IMG/VR virus record: IMGVR_UViG_3300036773_000257
Coordinates: 1-25,135 of that record
Direction: 5' to 3' (one strand)
From: a virus
Taxonomy: Duplodnaviria > Caudoviricetes
Length of the DNA: 25,135 nt
Shown here: piece by piece, positions 1 to 8,179 of the stretch
Layout of the letters: each line of letters begins with the position of its first letter
How positions within the stretch are numbered: position 1 is the stretch's first letter
Made by a program: the position numbers and the translations under genes
The notes under the pieces: generated by a model
What the model was told of the DNA's origin: nothing
Database searches by the model: none
The model's input: the letters and a program-made list of their open reading frames with translations, nothing else

Positions 1-45
1 GTGCATGTAGTCAACCCAGCCGGACAAGTGAAGGGGTTGGTGACT

Positions 46-1380
46 ATGAGTGTTGAAGCGCTACCGTGCGCGTGGTACGGGCGTAAGTCGGTGGTCAAGG
101 ATGACAAGGATGCGGAGAGCATCCTTGTGCAGCGGATGAAGTGTGACGAGTACTGCGCCACGCGTCAGCCTGAACCGTGGCTGATCGTTCCTGAGCTTGT
201 GTACGTCGATGAGGGCATCAGTGCCAGCAAGGGGCTCTACCGCCCGGACTTCATACGGCTCATCTCTGACATCGAATCTGGGAAGGTCAGGCGTCTCGTC
301 GTCCGCGAGCAAGCGCGCCTGTCACGTGAAGATCTTGAGCTGCTGCTCTTCCTGAGGACAGTCACCAAGTACGACGTTGAGGTACGCGACTCCCACGGCA
401 GGGAGATTAAGAACGATCTTCAGACGAAGGTCAAGGCGATGGTGGACACTGACTACGCCGCTAGCGTCCGTCAGAACGCCATTGAGCATCAGGAGTACGT
501 GGCAGCGTCGGGACGCGCTCCTGGTACTGCTCAGCGCCCGTACGGCTACACCAAGAACTACGCGTCAGTGGTCGAGGACGAAGCGAAGGTGCTTCGTGAG
601 ATGGCGGACCGTGTCCTTGCAGGCGAACCGCTGTACAGCATCGCGAAGGACTTGAACGCTCGCGGAGTGCTGAAGTACACAGGGAACACGTGGAAAACAC
701 AGGACATCAGCAAGCTTCTCAAGCGCTCCGAGAACGCACGAATCCGTACGTACAAAGGGGAAGAGTTCCCCAACGGTCAGTGGCCTGCGATCTTCGATGA
801 AGATATGTACCGACGTCTGCGCACAGCGCTCGACACGAACGAGCCGTTCAGCACCGACACCAAGGTCAAGTATCTACTGTCAGGGATCTTGGTGTGTGGC
901 CTGTGTGGAGTCCCGTTGTCCGCGAAGAACCCTTCGTATTGGTGCAACCCGAACCGTGGCGGGTGCGGGAAGATCGTCCGGAACATGCTCGCTGTTGATG
1001 AGTACATGATCCGCAGGACGTACGAGCACATCCGACGCTTGCCTTCACCGAACGCTGATCACACTCCCGTAAACGAGACACAGGAGAAGACTGAGAAGCT
1101 GCAACAGGAACGCGTGGATACGTTGCAGGCGCGTAAGGATGGGGTGATCACGTTGAAGGACATGGCCGCCTTGGTGCAGGACATCGACGCCAAGATTAAG
1201 GACCTTCAGCGGCAAGCAGCACAGACGTACGTGAAGATCCCCGTAGACACTGCTGATGAGTTCTTAAACAGCGGGAGGGACAAGCAGCGCGCAGTAATCA
1301 AGCGCCTGTATCCCATGGTCGGCGTGAACCCCACAGGCAGGAAGGGCCTTAGGTTTCATCCTGATCAGCTTGAGTTCTGA
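46..1380 (+). CDS. Large serine recombinase (integrase)
   Basis: N-terminal catalytic motif YGRKS, D-x-G-x-S (VDEGISA) and RLSR; recombinase domain (PYGY...EAKVLREM...SIAKDLNARG); zinc ribbon CGLCG...YWC...CG; C-terminal coiled coil. The ORF is open from base 1; ATG at 46 places the catalytic Ser near the N-terminus, as is usual. Confidence 0.93.
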   Translation: MSVEALPCAWYGRKSVVKDDKDAESILVQRMKCDEYCATRQPEPWLIVPELVYVDEGISASKGLYRPDFIRLISDIESGKVRRLVVREQARLSREDLELLLFLRTVTKYDVEVRDSHGREIKNDLQTKVKAMVDTDYAASVRQNAIEHQEYVAASGRAPGTAQRPYGYTKNYASVVEDEAKVLREMADRVLAGEPLYSIAKDLNARGVLKYTGNTWKTQDISKLLKRSENARIRTYKGEEFPNGQWPAIFDEDMYRRLRTALDTNEPFSTDTKVKYLLSGILVCGLCGVPLSAKNPSYWCNPNRGGCGKIVRNMLAVDEYMIRRTYEHIRRLPSPNADHTPVNETQEKTEKLQQERVDTLQARKDGVITLKDMAALVQDIDAKIKDLQRQAAQTYVKIPVDTADEFLNSGRDKQRAVIKRLYPMVGVNPTGRKGLRFHPDQLEF

Positions 1381-1390
1381 GCTGAAACGT

Positions 1391-1439
1391 AAAAAGCCCC
1401 TAGCTAAACGTCATAGGACGCAGCTAGGGGCTTTCTCTT
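1391..1439. terminator. Probable bidirectional intrinsic terminator
   Basis: 13-bp stem AAAGCCCCTAGCT (1393-1405) / AGCTAGGGGCTTT (1422-1434) with an A-run on the left and a T-rich run on the right, between convergent transcription units. Confidence 0.85.
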
Positions 1440-1545
1440 ATCGTAGGATTGTTCGTACGTCGTTGGCAGTGGCGTCATCGAACGTCTCATCTTCGAGTGC
1501 GCTCGTGATCTGCTCAGCCCACTGCTCTCCAGGTAGATTCTTCAT
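1438..1545 (-). CDS. Possible 35-aa acidic micro-protein (MKNLPGEQWAEQITSALEDETFDDATANDVRTILR)
   Basis: Hand-translated; ATG preceded by weak SD-like GCAGGT; stop codon abuts the terminator. Confidence 0.35.
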   Translation of the reverse strand: MKNLPGEQWAEQITSALEDETFDDATANDVRTILR

Positions 1546-1619
1546 ACATACCTGCTACATGCTGCACACAGAGTGCATAAACGATCGCAGTGGGTTCATT
1601 GCGCTCTCACCAAACACAA

Positions 1620-1727
1620 AATGTTCCAGCTGTGCCAACCTATTTCGTTCCGTCCCTAGAGAAGCTTGTTATCGATAACAAGCACTCCTAGAGACTTAAT
1701 GGATTAGGGTGGCACAGCTGGAACATT
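1620..1727. repeat. 108-bp imperfect palindrome, copy 1
   Basis: Terminal 18-bp perfect IR AATGTTCCAGCTGTGCCA / TGGCACAGCTGGAACATT; central 20-bp perfect palindrome GCTTGTTATCGATAACAAGC; 43 of 54 positions pair without gaps about the axis 1673/1674. Confidence 0.97.
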
Positions 1728-1732
1728 CCTGG

Positions 1733-2029
1733 TCAGGGCGTTGTTGGGGGCGTCTGATCCTGAATCTCACGCATCCTGTAGCGATGTGCTTCTTCCTCGG
1801 CACGCATCCTCGCCTGACGTTCTTGCTCAAGCTCTGTGCGTAGGGCTGTGATCTCCACACGCAAGGCGGCAATTTCGTTCCTCAGAGCGGTGATAGTTTC
1901 CGTCTGAATGGTGTCGCTTGCTTTGTCAGTCTTGATGAACATGCGCATCACGAGTGCGAGCACGATGACAATCACACCGACTACGCCAGTTTCAGGGAGC
2001 GCCGATAGAATCATAGTCCAGTCCATCAC
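1733..2029 (-). CDS. Holin-like membrane protein (N-terminal TM helix plus coiled coil)
   Basis: Hydrophobic GVVGVIVIVLALVM, then heptad repeats (ITALRNEIAALRVEITALRTEL); 4-bp overlap with the endolysin stop. Confidence 0.6.
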   Translation of the reverse strand: MMDWTMILSALPETGVVGVIVIVLALVMRMFIKTDKASDTIQTETITALRNEIAALRVEITALRTELEQERQARMRAEEEAHRYRMREIQDQTPPTTP

Positions 2030-2925
2030 GCAGTCCAGACCGTGAACGAGTGATCAGCCGAGTAGCGCACACTGACTGTACGCACTCCCTCACCGATGTT
2101 CACAGGGCCAGGACGGTCAGCAGATACACCAAGCGCCCCGATGTACTTGACATTCTTCCCTGAAGCGCCAGGTGTGTCATACACGGCCCAAATTTCCTTC
2201 ACGGTCACGGAGCGTCCGAAGTGCACCCCGAAGAAGAGGTTCGTATTACCGTTCGCCGGAACGGAGATGTAATCGTCAGAAGCGGCAGATGCCAACATGT
2301 GCAGTTCCTCGTCATTCTTCGTCACGTCATCCTGCGTAAGTTGCCCGCCAGGGACGTAATCGGAGATGACACGGTTACGGTCGCACTCAACACCATTGAT
2401 GTAGACGCGCCCGTTATTCCATTGGTAGTAGTTGGCGTGTGGGACTAGATCACTCTCACGTCCTGCTTGCCAAAATGCTGAAGCGTGCCCCTTCGCAGCG
2501 TTCAGCGCGTTCGCAAACCCATAAGCGCCTACACGCGCAATCCCCAGAACGCTCGCAGCGCCATCTAGATAGGCTTGCCATGTCTTCACATCAATGACGT
2601 TAGGGCGATCGTTTGTGAAGAAAATGACGCCCGTATATCCGAGCATCTGAGAGCCGGCTAATGCGTGCTGTGCATTAGCTACACCACGCGCCCAACCGCC
2701 ATCGGCGTCATCAGTATCAACCTGCATCACCAAACGGACCTTGAGCCCGTTTGCGATGAGGTCGTCATACTCAGCTTTGTTCGTGTGCTTCGTACGCAGA
2801 AGGTCAGGCGCGTCGATGTAGCGAATACAACCAGTACAACGTTCCCCATTGGGACCGATGACGGCGTTCTTCATCTCAGCGCCGGACAACTTCCGCGCAC
2901 GATAATCAACCCAATATTCAGGCAT
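2026..2925 (-). CDS. Endolysin, DUF1906/GH25-like peptidoglycan glycoside hydrolase with C-terminal accessory domain
   Basis: Motifs VDY, IRYI, KAEYDDL..NGL, IFFTND, GAYG, FWQ and ECDRN match the DUF1906 TIM-barrel pattern; lies next to the holin-like gene. Confidence 0.8.
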   Translation of the reverse strand: MPEYWVDYRARKLSGAEMKNAVIGPNGERCTGCIRYIDAPDLLRTKHTNKAEYDDLIANGLKVRLVMQVDTDDADGGWARGVANAQHALAGSQMLGYTGVIFFTNDRPNVIDVKTWQAYLDGAASVLGIARVGAYGFANALNAAKGHASAFWQAGRESDLVPHANYYQWNNGRVYINGVECDRNRVISDYVPGGQLTQDDVTKNDEELHMLASAASDDYISVPANGNTNLFFGVHFGRSVTVKEIWAVYDTPGASGKNVKYIGALGVSADRPGPVNIGEGVRTVSVRYSADHSFTVWTA

Positions 2926-2935
2926 AGCGTCCCTC

Positions 2936-3232
2936 TCAGATTGCTCCGGGATGCCTGCGCGTTCGTCGCATCATCTGCTTTCGCTTTTCGTTAGCGGCAC
3001 GTCCGCCTTGCGATGCAGTGCGTGAACGGTGGTGTGCGGAGCAGAGGGAGCGCAGGTTCTCTAGTGTGTGGTTAGTGTTATTGCCAATATGATCGACGTC
3101 TGTCGCACGTTCTTCACAGCGCGCACCGTGTTCGTCCCATGTGCAACGCCATCCGTCACGCTCTAAAACTGTTTTACGGAGACGTTCCCAACCGGGAGGT
3201 AGGGGAGTGGTGCGCCAGCGTGACGCGCTCAT
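2936..3232 (-). CDS. Small HNH endonuclease (HK97 gp74-like packaging type)
   Basis: W..LR..VL.RDGWRC...C...ATDVDHI...NLRSLC..HH. Confidence 0.88.
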   Translation of the reverse strand: MSASRWRTTPLPPGWERLRKTVLERDGWRCTWDEHGARCEERATDVDHIGNNTNHTLENLRSLCSAHHRSRTASQGGRAANEKRKQMMRRTRRHPGAI

Positions 3233-3468
3233 CAGCCGGGACCGATGGGATTGTCACCCTTGCGTTCACCACTTGTGTACCCGAAGTGGCGCTCAAACAA
3301 GGTGGATGCCAAGCCGTCAGCTTCGCGCTTGCTCATGTAACCGAGCAAAATATCCCTGAGGGTGGTCCAAGGGTGAGGGGAAAAGGCCCAACGATAGAGC
3401 CCTTCCCCCAACCAATAGCGGATGAGCGCACGGCCTGATTCAGTGAGGTCAAGTCGTGACGCTGCCAT
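3232..3468 (-). CDS. Phage hypothetical protein (78 aa)
   Basis: Start and stop both overlap neighbours by 1 bp; SD GGAGG upstream; motif YW.GEG...W..SPHPWT. Confidence 0.7.
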   Translation of the reverse strand: MAASRLDLTESGRALIRYWLGEGLYRWAFSPHPWTTLRDILLGYMSKREADGLASTLFERHFGYTSGERKGDNPIGPG

Positions 3469-3776
3469 TACGCCTCCTGAATGAGGTAGGTAAGGTCTGT
3501 GGACGTCACGGCCTGCTGATCCATCAAAGGTTCATCACTTGAGAAGCTGACCTGACTGTATGGGTTAAATGCATACAGCCAATCACTGACCTCCACGCGG
3601 TAATGCTGACTGTTGGGCCACATTCCGTAATCCCACTCAATTCCATCATCGACACGCGTAGCAACTGTGCCGGTGTTGGCATTGACATACGTGACTAGCT
3701 CATCAAGGTTTTCAAGGGTGACCTGAATTTTGCTATCAATTGGTGGGCGCGGAGTTGTGTACTTGAATTCGAGCAT
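3468..3776 (-). CDS. Hypothetical protein downstream of tail fibre
   Basis: Fills the gap in the operon; ATG at 3776 preferred over TTG at 3788. Confidence 0.65.
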   Translation of the reverse strand: MLEFKYTTPRPPIDSKIQVTLENLDELVTYVNANTGTVATRVDDGIEWDYGMWPNSQHYRVEVSDWLYAFNPYSQVSFSSDEPLMDQQAVTSTDLTYLIQEA

Positions 3777-3788
3777 GAGAAACCCCAA

Positions 3789-4589
3789 TCAGGAGATACG
3801 CTGAACAGCGAGGAACGTGCGCTTATACCCGTCTCCACCTGTGGTCGTGACGTTTTGGGCGGTTCCGACCTTCAATGTGAATGTGCTGCCTGCGGCGAGG
3901 GCGATAGGACCTGAGTGGATGTTCATAGCAAGTTCCAGCGAGCCCGGTGCATACTGGTAGTAGAAGTATTCCGCCTGAGCGTAGATCTTGGTCAGTGGGT
4001 TATTGCCGATGAACATGTTCGCGTTGAACCCGATTTGTGCGTATCCCGCCGTAGCGGTGAACGTAAGCGCATAGGTGCCAACGTAGTTAGCGGTGAGGTC
4101 ATAGACCCCTGTGTTTACCACGGTGAACGTGTCGCCTGAGACAGTAATATCTCCGGCACCGGTCCCGTCCGCAGTCCAGGTACCAACCGCCTGAGTCGCT
4201 GATGTGTGGGTCACGGTCTCCGTCGAATACCATCGAGAGGTCTTATTCAGCGCCCGCCCAGTTTCAAGGTTCGTCGCACGCGTGCCAAGCGCAGAGTTTC
4301 CAATTGTCGCGTCCTGCGTGACGGTGATGCGCGTGTCATTGCCCTGCGCTACCTTGCCCGCTGCTGTACCAAAATCTGCGGCGAGTGTGCGGTTAGCGGT
4401 GAGGTCACCGCCACCTGTCAAGCCTGTGCCTGCGGTGATGGTGCGTGATGTTGCTACCTTGCCGCTTTCAACGGCAGTGGTGCGGGTGTCGAGGTCAGCA
4501 AGGTTGAGAATGACGATGTCACCGAACTTCGCCTTACTGATTACTCCGCCTGAAACGACAGCATCGCCAGGGAAAGGTGTCTGTGCCAA
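3789..4589 (-). CDS. Tail fibre / receptor-binding minor tail protein
   Basis: TITAGTGLTGGGDLTANRTL fibre repeat motif, G/T/A-rich shaft, beta-rich C-terminal domain; SD GGAG before the TTG start. Confidence 0.75.
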   Translation of the reverse strand: MAQTPFPGDAVVSGGVISKAKFGDIVILNLADLDTRTTAVESGKVATSRTITAGTGLTGGGDLTANRTLAADFGTAAGKVAQGNDTRITVTQDATIGNSALGTRATNLETGRALNKTSRWYSTETVTHTSATQAVGTWTADGTGAGDITVSGDTFTVVNTGVYDLTANYVGTYALTFTATAGYAQIGFNANMFIGNNPLTKIYAQAEYFYYQYAPGSLELAMNIHSGPIALAAGSTFTLKVGTAQNVTTTGGDGYKRTFLAVQRIS

Positions 4590-4643
4590 GGTGAATCAAC
4601 TCCAAACGAAAAGCAAGGCACCAGGCCGAAAGATGAATTGAGA

Positions 4644-4674
4644 GGGGAGACCTTTCAATGTGAAAGGTCTCCCC
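4644..4674 (-). terminator. Hairpin, probable terminator or mRNA-processing stem
   Basis: Perfect 14-bp stem GGGGAGACCTTTCA / TGAAAGGTCTCCCC with a 3-nt loop, just after the stop of 4686-7334. Confidence 0.7.
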
Positions 4675-4685
4675 GTGACGATGTG

Positions 4686-7334
4686 TCAGTCAGTCCACGT
4701 AGATGAATCCCACGTACCGCTGTTCCAGGCGCCTTCACCCGGGTTACCGAGTACGCGTAAGGTGAGCGTGTCCGTGTATTCGTCGCCAGACCAACGAGTG
4801 GTCTTCGAGACAATCTGAGCGTAGAAAATTGAACCTGAAGCCTGAGGGTCGTCAGCGGTGATTCGCACAATGTCCCAAAGCTGCCTGCGAGGGTCAGCAG
4901 GAACCGAGAGGTCATTCACCTGAGGTGCAGGCTTGACAAGCGTTGACAGCAGAGAGCCCGCAACCATGTTCGCCGTGTACTCGGACTGCAACCATTCATT
5001 CGTGTCGATGCTCAATGTGCGAACACCGATACGTGCGATTGAGTCTGTGTCACGTGCTGATCCCTGAAGCGCAATGGCATCAGTCATCAAACGCCCAGCA
5101 ACACGGAAGTTGCCCTGATTAGCTCCGTTGAACGCTCCGATGAACTGATCTGTGGTTGCGGACTTCCATGATCCGAGGATGTTACGGAAGTCTGTACCAG
5201 CCGGCGCAACCGATACCTGCCAGCCTGCCGTAGCAGCCGCACGGGAACTTGCGTTTACCGTCGAGACGTGACCAGTACGCATTTCAACATTCGCTTCAGA
5301 CGTTGGCGGCACTGACGTTTCACCAGCAATGCGCTGATTGAACATCGTCGCGTCCGTCTTCAGTGGCAAGAGAACGTTCGATACGGTGGTGTTTGCTGGC
5401 GTGTACTTTTCTGTACCCGTCTGCTGCTCATAGGCATAGCCAAGAGTGCTACCACGGAACTGACCGTTGAGGATGACGTTATTACGCCTGTTGTTGTCCG
5501 TAGGGTTGATCTCAACTTCATTGAGAGAGTCGAGAGTAATCACCTGCTGCGTGACGTCGGGAATCGTAGGGGTTTGGCCCCATGACGCATCACCGAAGTT
5601 CAACGTTCCATTCTCGTCTGTCCACAGCAAGCCCTGCTCAGCGGAAACGATGTTCTTCAACGTCTCCCAGCCGTTGGCACGATTGACTTCAGGCAGGTGG
5701 TACAGGTAGCCGAGAGAGCCAAGAGGGGTGTACGTGCGGTCGGTCTGGCGCTTGAATGACACGCGAGGCTTCCCGTTGTCCAACATCGGGAACGCTGGAC
5801 GAGTTAGGTAGCTAACACCAGCTCCTCCGCCGAACCACTCAATACCAAACGATCGGTGACCGACGCTGCCACCCTTGTTCGCAAGATTCGTGAGAATCAT
5901 GTTGGTACGGCCGTTACGTGGCTTACCGCCATTCTGACCCGCAGCGGTGTCCGTGGCATCGCCCGAACCATTACCCGCGACGTCGCCACCGGAGATGTTC
6001 TGATAGCGATAACCAAAGTTGCCGGGATTCGCAGTAGCAGTCAAAGTCTGAACTGTACCGTTGAATCGAACCTCAGGGATGATTTGGTTGTTAAGGAAAC
6101 GAACCTTCAGCCATACTTCGTTAGGCGTTGGGTACACAACAGCTGGACTCGTCCACGTGACAGCAGGAAGAGCCGCTGTGCTGGTCCATACCCAAGTGCG
6201 ATACCCGGACATGCTTGCGCCTTCCATTACGGTGACGCGAACAAACCCGTTGAACAGCACTTCGAGAACCAAGCGCCCCGGGAAGATGATGGAGTCTGTG
6301 TAAACTGTTGGAGAGACGAACGGGCTCTCACCCCACTTTGTGTCTTCAAGGTAGAAGCGCGACTCAATTGCTGTGTCGGTGCTAGAGCTGAAGCCCTGCC
6401 CAATCATCGTGTTGAGTACACATCCAATGTCCGCTTCAACTTCAGAAGTAGCGTTGGAAGGCACATATACGGCAGTGCTCGCAGAGTGAACCGCTAGGCT
6501 TGTGCCATAGATAACGGGAACAGGAACATCAAGATTGGTATTGCGTGCGCAAGCCGGAATGCGCCACGTGCTATCAGGGTAGTAGTACCCTCCTGGAAGA
6601 ACCGAATTCACGTAGTACCCGAGCTGGTACATGTTGGCAACTTCGCCGATAGACGGAAGTGCCGAACCAATGTTGCTCATGTAGGAGTAAGTGTCTCCAC
6701 GTGGCTCCCGAATACGGGACCTACCAGTCTGGCGAAGCACTTCATCAATAGCCCACTGTGTTGAAATAGGGAGAGCTGTACCAAAAGCGTTCTCATACCA
6801 GTCGCTTCGTGGGCTAGTTGTTTGAGCTGCCCAACGAGGTAGGGACACCTCAGCGCCGATCAGGTCATAGTTGTCAACGCCCGTGATCTGCACAACGCCC
6901 GATACCTTACGGATCTTATACGAACGAATGTTTCCGAAGAATCCAGGAAGGTCGACATCACCAATAGCTGTGCGTACGCGCCATAGAACCTTAATGGGGG
7001 TTCCGACAACTTCGTATGATGCTAGAGGTGAGTTACCGTCGTATGGGTCGAACAGCGTAAGTGCGCGCACGTCGTTAGACGTAGCGCCACTCATAGTCAA
7101 ATCAAGGCCACCTGACGCGAATCCAGCGATAGCGTTCACGCCGTCAGGAAGACTCGACGCGTAGGAGCGATCAACGTTGACGGATTCAACAATCTCGGTC
7201 AAATCGGAGTACTCGTGATCGAACGATCCGTCACGATCCCAGTCCACCAGAACAACAGCGAATGCTTCACGAACGGGCGCATCTAGCGCGTCCGAAAGCG
7301 GAGCAACCTGGAAAAAATCGTCTGGCTGAAGCAT
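4686..7334 (-). CDS. Large minor tail protein (baseplate hub/Tal-like)
   Basis: 882 aa, directly after Dit; VDWDRDGSF N-terminus, AEQGLLWTDENGTLNF and DPRRQLWDIV motifs typical of actinophage tail proteins. Confidence 0.75.
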   Translation of the reverse strand: MLQPDDFFQVAPLSDALDAPVREAFAVVLVDWDRDGSFDHEYSDLTEIVESVNVDRSYASSLPDGVNAIAGFASGGLDLTMSGATSNDVRALTLFDPYDGNSPLASYEVVGTPIKVLWRVRTAIGDVDLPGFFGNIRSYKIRKVSGVVQITGVDNYDLIGAEVSLPRWAAQTTSPRSDWYENAFGTALPISTQWAIDEVLRQTGRSRIREPRGDTYSYMSNIGSALPSIGEVANMYQLGYYVNSVLPGGYYYPDSTWRIPACARNTNLDVPVPVIYGTSLAVHSASTAVYVPSNATSEVEADIGCVLNTMIGQGFSSSTDTAIESRFYLEDTKWGESPFVSPTVYTDSIIFPGRLVLEVLFNGFVRVTVMEGASMSGYRTWVWTSTAALPAVTWTSPAVVYPTPNEVWLKVRFLNNQIIPEVRFNGTVQTLTATANPGNFGYRYQNISGGDVAGNGSGDATDTAAGQNGGKPRNGRTNMILTNLANKGGSVGHRSFGIEWFGGGAGVSYLTRPAFPMLDNGKPRVSFKRQTDRTYTPLGSLGYLYHLPEVNRANGWETLKNIVSAEQGLLWTDENGTLNFGDASWGQTPTIPDVTQQVITLDSLNEVEINPTDNNRRNNVILNGQFRGSTLGYAYEQQTGTEKYTPANTTVSNVLLPLKTDATMFNQRIAGETSVPPTSEANVEMRTGHVSTVNASSRAAATAGWQVSVAPAGTDFRNILGSWKSATTDQFIGAFNGANQGNFRVAGRLMTDAIALQGSARDTDSIARIGVRTLSIDTNEWLQSEYTANMVAGSLLSTLVKPAPQVNDLSVPADPRRQLWDIVRITADDPQASGSIFYAQIVSKTTRWSGDEYTDTLTLRVLGNPGEGAWNSGTWDSSTWTD

Positions 7335-8176
7335 TAGACCTCCAAGAGAGTTAGCGACAGACCCGAGTACGGGTAAAGGCGCACTTCGTCGTTAAGTGAT
7401 TCGATGACGACACGCGCCCCCGTCCCTGATGTCCAATCGCTAGCCGTATCTCCTAGCTCAGCCTTCATCGGACCGACTTGAATTGCAGAACTAACTGGCA
7501 CATTAAACTTGACGCGCCACACAGGGAACCCTGTGATAAATGAAGCGGTGAGAGAAACGTGCTGCCAGGTGGAAGACGCTGAGATAGTTACCGACTGTGG
7601 TGTGCCTGAGGTAAATCCAACTTCGCTATTGAAGGGAAGGAGCGTCATTGTGCCACCATTTGTGGCCAGAACCCACGCTGAGAGCGTGACATCGCCAAGG
7701 GTTGCCGGTAGCTGTCGGCCCCTAAAATCAAGAAAGGACGCGTTTGGGAAAGTGGAGGAGGGGTTGGTCAGTACAGTAACCAGGCGCGGTGTGGGTGAAA
7801 TCGCTAGTCCTGAGCCTGTAGGAGCAGCATGTGTTTCGACAATATTCGACAGGCTGAACGTGTTCCCATAACCATAAGATGAGCCGGCGGCTGCATCACG
7901 AGGGTGTAGAAGGTTTGTTGTGTATGGATCGAAGAAGCGCAACGGCTCGTTTGCACCGAAGCCGTAGTACAGCTGCTCCAGGCGCTCACGAGTTTCAGGT
8001 AGAGCGTCAGACCATGACAGCTCCCACTTGCGCTTAATGCCTGTGACGTTCGTAGTGCGACGCCCGGAGGCACCCTGACTGATGGACTGGATTCGTTCAG
8101 CCGGACGCGTAAACGAGTCAGGCTCTTCGAGTTCCTGCAAATCAGTCAGGGAGCCAAGGTAGAACTTGCGAAGCAT
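7334..8176 (-). CDS. Distal tail protein (Dit-like) with inserted carbohydrate-binding-like domain
   Basis: First gene after the tape measure; KRKWELSW / PLRFFDP...NLL, with VTLSAWV...WQHVSLT and ELGDTASDW in the insert. Confidence 0.65.
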   Translation of the reverse strand: MLRKFYLGSLTDLQELEEPDSFTRPAERIQSISQGASGRRTTNVTGIKRKWELSWSDALPETRERLEQLYYGFGANEPLRFFDPYTTNLLHPRDAAAGSSYGYGNTFSLSNIVETHAAPTGSGLAISPTPRLVTVLTNPSSTFPNASFLDFRGRQLPATLGDVTLSAWVLATNGGTMTLLPFNSEVGFTSGTPQSVTISASSTWQHVSLTASFITGFPVWRVKFNVPVSSAIQVGPMKAELGDTASDWTSGTGARVVIESLNDEVRLYPYSGLSLTLLEV

Positions 8177-8179
8177 GAG

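Noticed and set aside
1370-1678. 102-aa + strand ORF after the integrase
   Set aside because: It runs through the terminator and the palindrome and has no recognisable motif
1620-1727. Palindrome pair as attL/attR
   Set aside because: The copies are inverted, about twice the usual att length, and exclude the integrase and helicase; att sites probably lie outside the window
3789-4674. Diversity-generating retroelement target (tail fibre plus nearby hairpin)
   Set aside because: No reverse transcriptase or template repeat was seen, and the hairpin lies upstream rather than downstream of the fibre gene
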